Assembly (NCBI RefSeq): GCF_029504745.1
Contig: NZ_JAQFIQ010000038.1
Coordinates: forward strand, 1-22,279
Reading direction: 5' to 3'
DNA length: 22,279 nucleotides
DNA from: Breznakia sp. PF5-3
GTDB lineage: Bacteria; Bacillota_I; Bacilli_A; Erysipelotrichales; Erysipelotrichaceae
Shown: positions 7,896 to 15,536 of the stretch, piece after piece
How positions within the stretch are numbered: position 1 is the stretch's first letter
Layout of the letters: each line of letters starts with the position of its first letter
Notes under the pieces: model-generated
Seen by the model: only the letters and a program-made list of their open reading frames with translations
What the model was told of the DNA's origin: nothing
Database searches by the model: none
Program-made: the position numbers and the translations under genes

Positions 7896-8977
7896 TTTGA
7901 GCTCCTTTCCTGTTTTTTAGAAGTATCTAATAATAGCATTAATGAAAATAATGTGTCATCGTAATCAATTTCTAGTACTCCATCATATTTTTCAATAGAA
8001 TGTTTTATATTTTGTAAACCTCTACCATGGAGTTCAGCATCTTCTTTACTTGTAATAAAAACGCCATCTTTCAGTTTGGGTTTTTCATAAAATGTGTTTT
8101 CAATCTTAGCACTTAAGAAGTGGTTTCGATATTTAATATTAATTTTAATCAGTCTTTTTTCTGGATAAGGAATTATGGAGCATGCTTCAATAGCATTATC
8201 CATGATGTTTCCAAAGATGGTTGCCCAATCAATTACTTGAATATTTAAATCAGCAGGTATTTTAATTGATGATTCAACTTTAATATCTAAGCTCTGTGCT
8301 TTTTTAATTTTTTCAGATAATAAGGCATCAAAGATAGGGTTTCCTGTTTTTAAAATAGGTGTTTCATTCTTTACAAACTTTGATAGGTTATCAATATAAG
8401 TAAGAGCTTCCTCAATTTGATTATCTTGAATTAATGTTTGAATACAAAATAAATGGTTTTTCATATCATGGCGAAAAGATTGCACTTTTTGATTCATTTT
8501 ATCAATACTCTCATAATGTGCAATCTGATTATTCATTTCACTTTCAAATAATTTACTTAAGGCATTCGCTTTTTCTTCTTGAATACGTGCATTTTCTTTG
8601 ATTAATTCTTCTCGAGCTTTCAATTGTTCAATCATTGTGTTGAACGATTTTGATAAATCACCTAAAAAGATAAATTCTTGTGTATAGTCACCTTTAGCAA
8701 CTTGGTTAATTTGCCATGTTAGATGTCGTAAAGTTGATTGTAAGTCCTTTAGTGGACCTAACAAAGGGTTTAAATTTGATACAGTGGAATCCAAATCACC
8801 ATTTGCAATAACATTAACAAATTTATCACCTTCAATAACATATTGACAGAGTTGTTTGATTCTTTTGAATAGTGGATAAGCTTCTTGATGAAAATCAGCT
8901 TCATTCATTGCTTCTAAAGAGCGAGATTCAAGGAAATAATCGATATATTCAATTAAGCGTTCTATATCTTTTTTCAT
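7892..8977 (-). CDS. Cytoplasmic (no TM) HAMP-containing HPK10-type histidine kinase
   Basis: No hydrophobic span. HAMP-like segment PLKDLQSTLRHLTWQINQVAKGDYTQEFIFLGDLSKSFNTMIEQL, then a coiled coil. H-box FRHDMKNHLFCIQTL, canonical N-box FGNIMDNAIEA and G-box HGRGLQNIKHSIEKYDG. The RBS GAGGAA lies inside the end of the V4R gene, with a 4-nt gap. Confidence 0.8.
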   Translation of the reverse strand: MKKDIERLIEYIDYFLESRSLEAMNEADFHQEAYPLFKRIKQLCQYVIEGDKFVNVIANGDLDSTVSNLNPLLGPLKDLQSTLRHLTWQINQVAKGDYTQEFIFLGDLSKSFNTMIEQLKAREELIKENARIQEEKANALSKLFESEMNNQIAHYESIDKMNQKVQSFRHDMKNHLFCIQTLIQDNQIEEALTYIDNLSKFVKNETPILKTGNPIFDALLSEKIKKAQSLDIKVESSIKIPADLNIQVIDWATIFGNIMDNAIEACSIIPYPEKRLIKINIKYRNHFLSAKIENTFYEKPKLKDGVFITSKEDAELHGRGLQNIKHSIEKYDGVLEIDYDDTLFSLMLLLDTSKKQERSSK

Positions 8978-8981
8978 AAGC

Positions 8982-9512
8982 TTATTCCTCGTTTACAGAC
9001 GCTTTGAATCGACAAACCCGATCTCCTTTTGCCCAACAATCAATTTCTTTAGCTTTATAGTTTTTGTTTGTGAAAACACTAAATAAACCAGCAATGAACC
9101 CTTCATCATAATTACATACGGTTTCACCAATTACTGGAAGTCCTGAACAATCAAGATCTTCACTGATTGTTAATGTGGCATCACCAGATTCTTCATTGAA
9201 ATCTTCTACTCGTAAGATGCCTATTTTTAAATCTAGAAAAGCTTTTTGAACAGAAGCTAAAAAACCATTTAAATCTTGATCAAGATTTAAACTAGTCTTT
9301 GCAAATTGTTCACCAGCTAAACGCCCTGCTCTGCGCAAAATTTCAATTGCTATGTCTTTTCCAAATTTTTCTTCAATTGCTTGACGCATTGAATACTCCA
9401 GGCTTCGATAGAGTTCCACAGGAACCATATCACCTAGATTTTTTCTACCATCAGCAGTATCCATTAAGTCTTCCCAACGAAAACCACCAAGTGTTACTTG
9501 TTTTTCTTTCAT
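8982..9512 (-). CDS. Standalone V4R-domain protein (COG1719-type predicted small-molecule / hydrocarbon-binding protein)
   Basis: The C-terminal pattern DLDCSGLPVIGETVCNYDEGFIAGLFSVF...EIDCWAKGDRVCRF matches the V4R signature (C..C.f.eGf.aG....E..C.akGd..C.F). The N-terminal LGDMVPVELYRSLEYSMRQAI is typical of this family. 176 aa, with no other domain. Confidence 0.78.
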   Translation of the reverse strand: MKEKQVTLGGFRWEDLMDTADGRKNLGDMVPVELYRSLEYSMRQAIEEKFGKDIAIEILRRAGRLAGEQFAKTSLNLDQDLNGFLASVQKAFLDLKIGILRVEDFNEESGDATLTISEDLDCSGLPVIGETVCNYDEGFIAGLFSVFTNKNYKAKEIDCWAKGDRVCRFKASVNEE

Positions 9513-9568
9513 AAATCCGCCCTCATTTACCTGTTTATATTATAGTACCTAATTATAAAGATATACAT

Positions 9569-9597
9569 ATTATATAAGATAATCATAAGAATAACAA
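9569..9597 (-). promoter_or_regulatory. Candidate sigma-A promoter of the V4R/kinase/regulator operon
   Basis: The minus strand reads TTGTTA (9597..9592), exactly 17 nt, then TATAAT (9574..9569), about 55 nt upstream of the V4R ATG. The spacer contains an 11-bp-spaced ATAAGA direct repeat (9574-9579 and 9585-9590 on +). Confidence 0.45.
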
Positions 9598-9617
9598 ATG
9601 TTCTACTTCTAAAAATC

Positions 9618-9626
9618 TGTTATAAT
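9618..9626 (+). promoter_or_regulatory. Candidate extended -10 promoter of the divergent receiver gene
   Basis: TGTTATAAT (TGnTATAAT) at 9618-9626, 45 nt upstream of the ATG at 9672. No convincing -35. Confidence 0.4.
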
Positions 9627-9671
9627 AAAATATAGTAGCATATTGTGATAAATTTAGTAAGAGGTTGACCT

Positions 9672-10391
9672 ATGTTTCATGTATATCTAGTAGATGATAA
9701 TAAGATTATTGTTGATAAGTATGAACGCTTATTAACAAAGATTGGTGAAGAAGAAAATATTGAATTGATAATTCACCCTTTTCATAGTGGGAAATCTTTA
9801 CTATCATTTATTGATGATAATCCAATGGCACCAATTGATTTGGTATATTTGGATATTACAATGGATGAAATGAGTGGCTTTGAAGTGGCAAGGCAATTGG
9901 TGAATAAGCGAGCAGATGTAAATATCTTTTTCTTAACAGCAAATGAAGAATACCTATTTCAAACAAGTTCAAATTATGTAGTAGGATATTTATTAAAAAA
10001 TGAAACAAGTGATGAAGAGTTCAAGAATTCTTTTATGCTTTATTATACATTGCATAATGCAAAGCAGAAAAAAATTATCAATTGTGTAAACGATAATCAT
10101 GAAAAAGTAGAAGTGAAGGTAAAAGATATCTTATATGTAAATCTTTTAAAATTAAAGGTTGTCGATAAGGATTCGAATGTGTATCATCTCGATGAAGATC
10201 GAGTATTGTTACGTGATGAACTAGTAAAAGAATATTTTGTGGAAGTGAAGGGTGTTGCTATAAACTTAGAACATATAAAACGTATTGATGATAGTCATAT
10301 CATAATGATGAATGGAGATAGCTTCTATGCCGATCGTAATGATATCAAGAAAACAAAAGTAGCATTTATTAATTTTTTAAGTGAATCATAA
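9672..10391 (+). CDS. Response regulator with a canonical receiver and a diverged LytTR-like C-terminal domain
   Basis: REC residues are intact: VDDN, VYLDITMDEMSG, IFFLTAN and VGYLLKN. The C-terminal half has LytTR-like spacing (ILYVN...FVEVKGVAINLEHIKRID), but the usual F.R.HRS.IVN residues are replaced. RBS AAGAGG 7 nt upstream. Confidence 0.72.
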   Translation: MFHVYLVDDNKIIVDKYERLLTKIGEEENIELIIHPFHSGKSLLSFIDDNPMAPIDLVYLDITMDEMSGFEVARQLVNKRADVNIFFLTANEEYLFQTSSNYVVGYLLKNETSDEEFKNSFMLYYTLHNAKQKKIINCVNDNHEKVEVKVKDILYVNLLKLKVVDKDSNVYHLDEDRVLLRDELVKEYFVEVKGVAINLEHIKRIDDSHIIMMNGDSFYADRNDIKKTKVAFINFLSES

Positions 10392-10416
10392 GGGAACAAT
10401 TGTATTGTTCCCTTAT
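10391..10416 (+). terminator. Terminator after the divergent receiver gene
   Basis: AGGGAACAAT (10391-10400) / ATTGTTCCCT (10404-10413), loop TGT. The trailing TATT run is only weakly U-rich. Confidence 0.55.
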
Positions 10417-10444
10417 TGTACTTCTAAGATAAATACAGTAAAAT
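10416..10444 (+). promoter_or_regulatory. Candidate purD promoter
   Basis: TTGTAC (10416-10421), 17 nt, then TAAAAT (10439-10444), 26 nt upstream of the purD ATG. Confidence 0.4.
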
Positions 10445-10470
10445 AAGTATATTAAAAAAGGAGAAGTGAA

Positions 10471-11709
10471 ATGAAAGTTCTTATAATTGGTAAAGGTGGT
10501 CGTGAACATGCATTAGCAGATGCTGCATATCGAAGTGCTTCAGTTGATAAAGTATATGCTGCACCTGGTAGTCATGGAATGAAAGATGTAGCAGAAATCG
10601 TAGATATTGCAGCAGATGATATTAATGGATTAGTAGCATTTGCGAAAACAGAGCAAATTGATTTAACAATCGTTGGTCCTGAAGATACACTTGCCCTTGG
10701 GGTTGTGGATGCTTTTCAGGATGAAGGACTAAAGATTTTTGGGCCAAACAAAGCAGCTGCAAGAGTAGAGTCTAGTAAGACATTTGCAAAACAGTTGATG
10801 GAAAAATATAATATTCCAACAGCTGCATATAAAGCATTTTCCAATTATGATGATGCCAAAGCATATGTTGAAGAAATAGGTGTGCCAATTGTTATTAAAG
10901 AAGATGGTTTAAAGGCAGGAAAAGGAGTAAGTGTTGCTTATACGATAGAGGAGGCAATGCAAGCTTTGGATATTGCTTTTTCTATTGAAAATAATAGTGT
11001 TGTGATTGAAGAATGTTTGGTTGGTTTTGAATTTTCGCTTATGAGTTTTGTTTGCGGAGAAGTAGTAATTCCAATGGAAATTGCACAAGACCACAAATGT
11101 GCATATGATGGAGATAAAGGTCCCAACACAGGTGGTATGGGAGTATATTCTCCAGTTAAAAAGATAACGGATGACATCGTTGAAGAAACTATGAATAAGG
11201 TGATGCGACCAATGGCCAAAGCTATGGTTGATGAAGGAGTGCCATTTGTTGGTTTCTTATATGGTGGCTTAATGCTTACCAAAGATGGTGTAAAAACAAT
11301 TGAGTTTAATGCAAGATTTGGTGATCCTGAAGCAGAAGTTATTTTACCAAGATTAAAAAGTGATTTTGCCCAAACGATTCTTCAAGTGATGAATCAACAA
11401 GAGGTCTCTTTACTTTGGGATGACAAAGTAACTTTGGGTGTGGTTATGGCTAGTGAAAACTATCCAGCTTCCTCTACCAAAGGAGCTATTATTGAAGGAT
11501 TAGACAAGGTAGATTCACGAATCTTCCATATGGGAACAGCCTTTCATGATGGACATTATATTACAAATGGTGGACGTGTATTATGTGTTGTTTCAAGTGC
11601 AGATACAATTGAAGAAGCATATGAAAAAGCATATGCTGATGTGCATAAAATAACTTGTGATAAATTATTCTATCGCAATGATATTGGTAAGAAAGATATG
11701 GGGGAGTAA
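10471..11709 (+). CDS. purD: Phosphoribosylamine-glycine ligase
   Basis: MKVLIIGKGGREHALA N-terminus, an ATP-grasp core and EFNARFGDPE, all diagnostic of PurD. RBS AAGGAG. Confidence 0.93.
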   Translation: MKVLIIGKGGREHALADAAYRSASVDKVYAAPGSHGMKDVAEIVDIAADDINGLVAFAKTEQIDLTIVGPEDTLALGVVDAFQDEGLKIFGPNKAAARVESSKTFAKQLMEKYNIPTAAYKAFSNYDDAKAYVEEIGVPIVIKEDGLKAGKGVSVAYTIEEAMQALDIAFSIENNSVVIEECLVGFEFSLMSFVCGEVVIPMEIAQDHKCAYDGDKGPNTGGMGVYSPVKKITDDIVEETMNKVMRPMAKAMVDEGVPFVGFLYGGLMLTKDGVKTIEFNARFGDPEAEVILPRLKSDFAQTILQVMNQQEVSLLWDDKVTLGVVMASENYPASSTKGAIIEGLDKVDSRIFHMGTAFHDGHYITNGGRVLCVVSSADTIEEAYEKAYADVHKITCDKLFYRNDIGKKDMGE

Positions 11710-11712
11710 ACA

Positions 11713-13008
11713 ATGTTAGATCGTTATTCAAGACCTGAAATGCGAGAAATTTGGAGTGAACAATCAAAGTTTAATGCTTGGTTAAAAGTAGAGATTTTGG
11801 CTTGTGAAGCTTGGAGTGAATTAGGTGAAATCCCTAAGGAAGATGTAAAGAAATTATGGGAAAAAGCTACCTTTGATATCGATCGCATTTATGAAATTGA
11901 ACAAGATACACGACATGATGTCGTTGCTTTTACACGAGCAGTAAGTGAATCTTTGGGTGAGGAAAAGAAATGGATTCATTATGGGCTTACAAGTACCGAT
12001 GTTGTAGATACTGCATATGGGTATCTATATAAACAAGCGAATGAAATTTTGATGCGCGATCTTGGGGAATTTATCAATACCTTAAGTTTACAAGCAACTC
12101 GATATAAAGATACTGTTTGCATGGGAAGAACACATGGTGTACATGCAGAGATAACAACTTTTGGATTGAAGTTTGCTCTTTGGTTTGATGAAATGAAACG
12201 CAACCTAGAACGGTTTAAAGAAGCGGCAAAAGGTGTAGAATGTGGGAAAATTTCTGGTGCTGTTGGAACCTTTGCAAATACACCACCTGAAGTACAAGAT
12301 TATGTATGTGAAAAGTTAGGAATTGATTCAAGTAAGATTTCTACACAAACCTTACAAAGAGATCGTCATGCAGAGTACTTTGCAACATTAGCACTTATTG
12401 GAACAAGTTTAGAGAAAATGGCTACTGAAATACGTCATCTACAACGTACAGAAGTACGAGAAGTAGAGGAATTCTTTAGAAAAGGACAAAAGGGAAGTAG
12501 TGCAATGCCACATAAACGTAATCCTATAGGTAGTGAAAATATTGTTGGATGTGCAAGAATTTTAAGAGGCTATATGGTAAGTGCATATGAAGATGTTGCT
12601 TTATGGCATGAACGTGATATTTCGCATTCAGCAGCTGAGCGAATTATCGCACCAGATGCAACTGCGCTTTTGGATTATATGTTGAATCGATTTAAAAATA
12701 TTCTAGCAAACCTAACTGTATTTGAAGATAATATGCTTGAAAATATCAATAAGACATATGGGGTTATCTTTTCTCAACGGTTTATGCTTAAATTGATTGA
12801 AAAAGGATATTCTAGAGAAAAGGCATATGATTTGGTACAGCCCAATGCAATTAAATCCTGGGAAGAAAAAATATCATTTAAAGAACTTATGGAAGCAAAT
12901 GAAGATGTGAGAAAACTTCTTACACAAGCAGAAATTGATGATTGTTTTAATCCTAAATATCAAGTTAAAAATGTCGACATCATTTTTAAAAGAGTGGGAT
13001 TGATATAG
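11713..13008 (+). CDS. purB: Adenylosuccinate lyase
   Basis: [10 protein letters not shown] start, [11 protein letters not shown], and the fumarate-lyase signature [11 protein letters not shown]. It begins 3 nt after the purD stop with RBS GGGGAG. Confidence 0.93.
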   Translation: MLDRYSRPEMREIWSEQSKFNAWLKVEILACEAWSELGEIPKEDVKKLWEKATFDIDRIYEIEQDTRHDVVAFTRAVSESLGEEKKWIHYGLTSTDVVDTAYGYLYKQANEILMRDLGEFINTLSLQATRYKDTVCMGRTHGVHAEITTFGLKFALWFDEMKRNLERFKEAAKGVECGKISGAVGTFANTPPEVQDYVCEKLGIDSSKISTQTLQRDRHAEYFATLALIGTSLEKMATEIRHLQRTEVREVEEFFRKGQKGSSAMPHKRNPIGSENIVGCARILRGYMVSAYEDVALWHERDISHSAAERIIAPDATALLDYMLNRFKNILANLTVFEDNMLENINKTYGVIFSQRFMLKLIEKGYSREKAYDLVQPNAIKSWEEKISFKELMEANEDVRKLLTQAEIDDCFNPKYQVKNVDIIFKRVGLI

Positions 13009-13025
13009 ATAAGAAGGACAATAAC

Positions 13026-13058
13026 CTTTAGGGTTACTGTCCTTTTCTATTGTTTCAA
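13026..13058 (+). terminator. Rho-independent terminator after purB
   Basis: GGACAATAACC (13026-13036) / GGTTACTGTCC (13042-13052), 10 of 11 positions paired, loop TTTAG, then TTTTCT. Confidence 0.75.
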
Positions 13059-13163
13059 AATAGGAAAGAGATAAAAAAGTTTTTTCTTAAAAATGTGCCT
13101 AAAAGATGAAAAGTGAGGAAAAAACCTTTATACTTATATGTAACTATGAAAGGGGATGTTTAT

Positions 13164-14714
13164 ATGTTCGATTTTATTGCTGAGGTTTTTAATTTGATTC
13201 AAGAACGCTCAGATTTTTTTATTCAATTGATTATAGAACATTTACAAATTTCCCTATTATCGATTGCGATTGCTACGGTTTTAGGTCTTTGTTTAGGAAT
13301 ATTTATTAGTGAATATAAAAAAACATCAGGTTTTATTTTAGGATTAGTAAACTTTATTTATACGATTCCATCAATTTCATTATTGGGGTTCTTGATACCA
13401 TTTTCTGGAATTGGGAATACAACAGTAATCATTGCTTTGAGTGTATATGCACTATTGCCAATGGTCAGGAGTACGCATACTGGAATTACCAATATAGAAC
13501 CAGCAATCATTGAAGCAGCCAGAGGAATGGGGAGTACGAATTTTCAAATTTTATATAAGATAAAATTGCCATTAGCTTTACCTGTGATTATGTCAGGATT
13601 ACGAAATATGGTAATCATGACCATTGCTCTTGCAGGGATTGCTTCTTTCATTGGTGCAGGAGGATTAGGAGTTGCGATATATCGTGGTATTACAACAAAC
13701 AATGCAACTATGACCTTTGCAGGAAGTTTATTGATTGCGCTATTGGCATTTTTGGTTGACTTTTTATTGGGAAGAGTGGAAAAGGTGATTAGTTCGCGTA
13801 ATCGTAAAAAAAGAAAGATGGCAATCTTTTCACTTGGTGCAGCAATATTATGTATATGTTTATTTGTTGCGACATCAATTCACAATTTTAGAAATGAAAA
13901 AGATACGATTCATATTGCCACAAAGCCAATGACAGAGCAGTTGATTATGGGAGAAATGTTACAGTACTTAATTGAACAAGATACGGATTTGGAAGTTAAA
14001 CTAACAACCAATGTAGCTGGAGGAACATCAAATATTCAACCAGCAATGGAAAAAGGTGATTTTGATTTATATCCTGAATATACGGGAACAGGTTGGAATG
14101 CTGTACTAAAAGAAAAGAGTATGTACAAGGAAAGTATGTTCCCAGAATTAGAGAAAAAATACAAAGAAAATTATAATTTTGAATGGATTGCAGGATATGG
14201 GTTTAATAATACATATGGTATGGTTGTCCGTAAGGAAATTGCTGATAAATATAATATTAAAACATATTCTGATTTAGCTGCTATTTCTGATCAATTAACC
14301 TTTGGTGCAGAATATGATTTCTTTGAACGTCCAGATGGTTATGATGCATTGTGTGAAGCTTATGGATATAATTTTAAAAAGACGGTGGATCTTGATATGG
14401 GACTTCGTTATCAAGCTCTTGCAGAGAAAGAAATTGATGTCTTAACGATTTCTACAACCGATGGACAATTGAGTGTTGCTGATGCAACTGTATTGATTGA
14501 TGATAAAGAATTCTATCCTTCTTATATGTGCTATAACGTTGTTCGAAAAGAAGTTTTGGATGCTCATCCAGAATTAAAGAAAACATTACATAAAGTTGAA
14601 AATTTGATTGATGATGAACAAATGGCAAAACTAAACTATCAAGTAGAGATTGAAGATAAAGAACCAAAAGCAGTAGCAAGAGCATTTTTAAAAGAGAAAG
14701 GATTATTAAAATAG
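13164..14714 (+). CDS. Osmoprotectant (glycine betaine/choline/carnitine-type) ABC transporter, fused permease + substrate-binding domain
   Basis: The N-terminal half is a BPD-type permease (EAARGMGSTNFQILYKIKLPLALP). After an extra TM segment, the C-terminal half carries OpuBC/OpuCC-type binding-protein motifs (NVAGGTSNIQPAMEKGDFDLYPEYTGTGW). The start is set at ATG 13164 (RBS AAGGGGA 8 nt upstream); the track start at 13113 is a GTG without an RBS. Confidence 0.85.
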   Translation: MFDFIAEVFNLIQERSDFFIQLIIEHLQISLLSIAIATVLGLCLGIFISEYKKTSGFILGLVNFIYTIPSISLLGFLIPFSGIGNTTVIIALSVYALLPMVRSTHTGITNIEPAIIEAARGMGSTNFQILYKIKLPLALPVIMSGLRNMVIMTIALAGIASFIGAGGLGVAIYRGITTNNATMTFAGSLLIALLAFLVDFLLGRVEKVISSRNRKKRKMAIFSLGAAILCICLFVATSIHNFRNEKDTIHIATKPMTEQLIMGEMLQYLIEQDTDLEVKLTTNVAGGTSNIQPAMEKGDFDLYPEYTGTGWNAVLKEKSMYKESMFPELEKKYKENYNFEWIAGYGFNNTYGMVVRKEIADKYNIKTYSDLAAISDQLTFGAEYDFFERPDGYDALCEAYGYNFKKTVDLDMGLRYQALAEKEIDVLTISTTDGQLSVADATVLIDDKEFYPSYMCYNVVRKEVLDAHPELKKTLHKVENLIDDEQMAKLNYQVEIEDKEPKAVARAFLKEKGLLK

Positions 14715-14723
14715 GTGGCATTT

Positions 14724-15455
14724 ATGGAAAAAAATATTATTAAATTCGAACATGCATGCAAATCCTATGGTGATAATGTAATCATTCCTGATTTTAATTT
14801 ATCGATTAAACGAGGTGAGTTTGTAACCCTTGTGGGTACTTCTGGAAGCGGTAAAACAACCTTGTTGAAGATGATCAATGGACTTATATCTTTGGATAGT
14901 GGAACAATTTATGTAGATGGTAAAGATATTCAAAAAGAAGATCTTATTCAACTAAGAAGAAACATTGGATATGCAATTCAAGGGAGTGGTTTATTTCCGC
15001 ATATGAGTGTAAGACAGAATATTGCATATGTACCAAATCTTTTAAATAAGAAAAATAAGGAAAAAACAATCAAGGCAACGAATAAATGGATTAAGGTAGT
15101 AGGTCTTGATGAAGAATTATTGGATCGTTATCCAGATGAATTATCAGGAGGCCAGCAACAAAGAGTAGGAATTGCAAGGTCGCTTGCTGCATCGCCAGAT
15201 ATCTTATTGATGGATGAACCATTTGGTGCGGTGGATGAGATTACTAGAAAGCAACTACAAGCTGAGATTAAACGGATTCATAAAGAGACTAATGTGACAA
15301 TTGTCTTTGTGACGCATGATATTAATGAAGCGATGACATTAGGAACAAAAGTTTTGGTTTTGGAAAAAGGTGAAATCGCACAATATGATACACCTGAAAA
15401 CATTATGAAGCATCCAGCAGATGATTATGTATCTAAATTAGTTAATAAAGAATAA
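14724..15455 (+). CDS. ABC transporter ATP-binding protein for the osmoprotectant permease (short form, no CBS tail)
   Basis: Walker A GTSGSGKTT, signature LSGGQQQRVGIAR, Walker B ILLMDEPFGAVD, H-loop VTHD. The start is set at ATG 14724 (RBS AGGTGG 5 nt upstream); GTG 14715 is an alternative. The protein ends about 20 aa after the ABC core. Confidence 0.88.
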   Translation: MEKNIIKFEHACKSYGDNVIIPDFNLSIKRGEFVTLVGTSGSGKTTLLKMINGLISLDSGTIYVDGKDIQKEDLIQLRRNIGYAIQGSGLFPHMSVRQNIAYVPNLLNKKNKEKTIKATNKWIKVVGLDEELLDRYPDELSGGQQQRVGIARSLAASPDILLMDEPFGAVDEITRKQLQAEIKRIHKETNVTIVFVTHDINEAMTLGTKVLVLEKGEIAQYDTPENIMKHPADDYVSKLVNKE

Positions 15456-15458
15456 TAA

Positions 15459-15487
15459 GAGTATAGCTATTCAGCTATACTTTTTTG
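15459..15487 (+). terminator. Rho-independent terminator after the transporter operon
   Basis: Perfect 8-bp stem GTATAGCT (15461-15468) / AGCTATAC (15473-15480), loop ATTC, then T6. Confidence 0.8.
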
Positions 15488-15536
15488 TATGAAAGGTGAT
15501 AAAATAGATAGTAATTAAATATAAGGGGGTATTTTT

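Noticed and set aside
10392-10470. Riboswitch or leader candidates upstream of purD (purine), of fhs at 16752-16844 (THF), and of the osmoprotectant transporter at 13009-13163 (c-di-AMP type).
   Set aside because: Most of these intergenic regions (79, 93 and 155 nt) is taken up by the upstream terminator, a promoter and the RBS. None of the conserved core sequences I know for these riboswitch classes is visible.
5823-10470. An agr/com-type quorum-sensing locus, with a peptide precursor and an AgrB- or ABC-type exporter next to the HPK10 kinases.
   Set aside because: Every intergenic gap in and around the operon is too short for such genes, apart from the 159-bp promoter region, which has no RBS-preceded small ORF. 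No AgrB-like or peptidase-ABC gene is present, so the locus is not a classical peptide quorum-sensing cassette.
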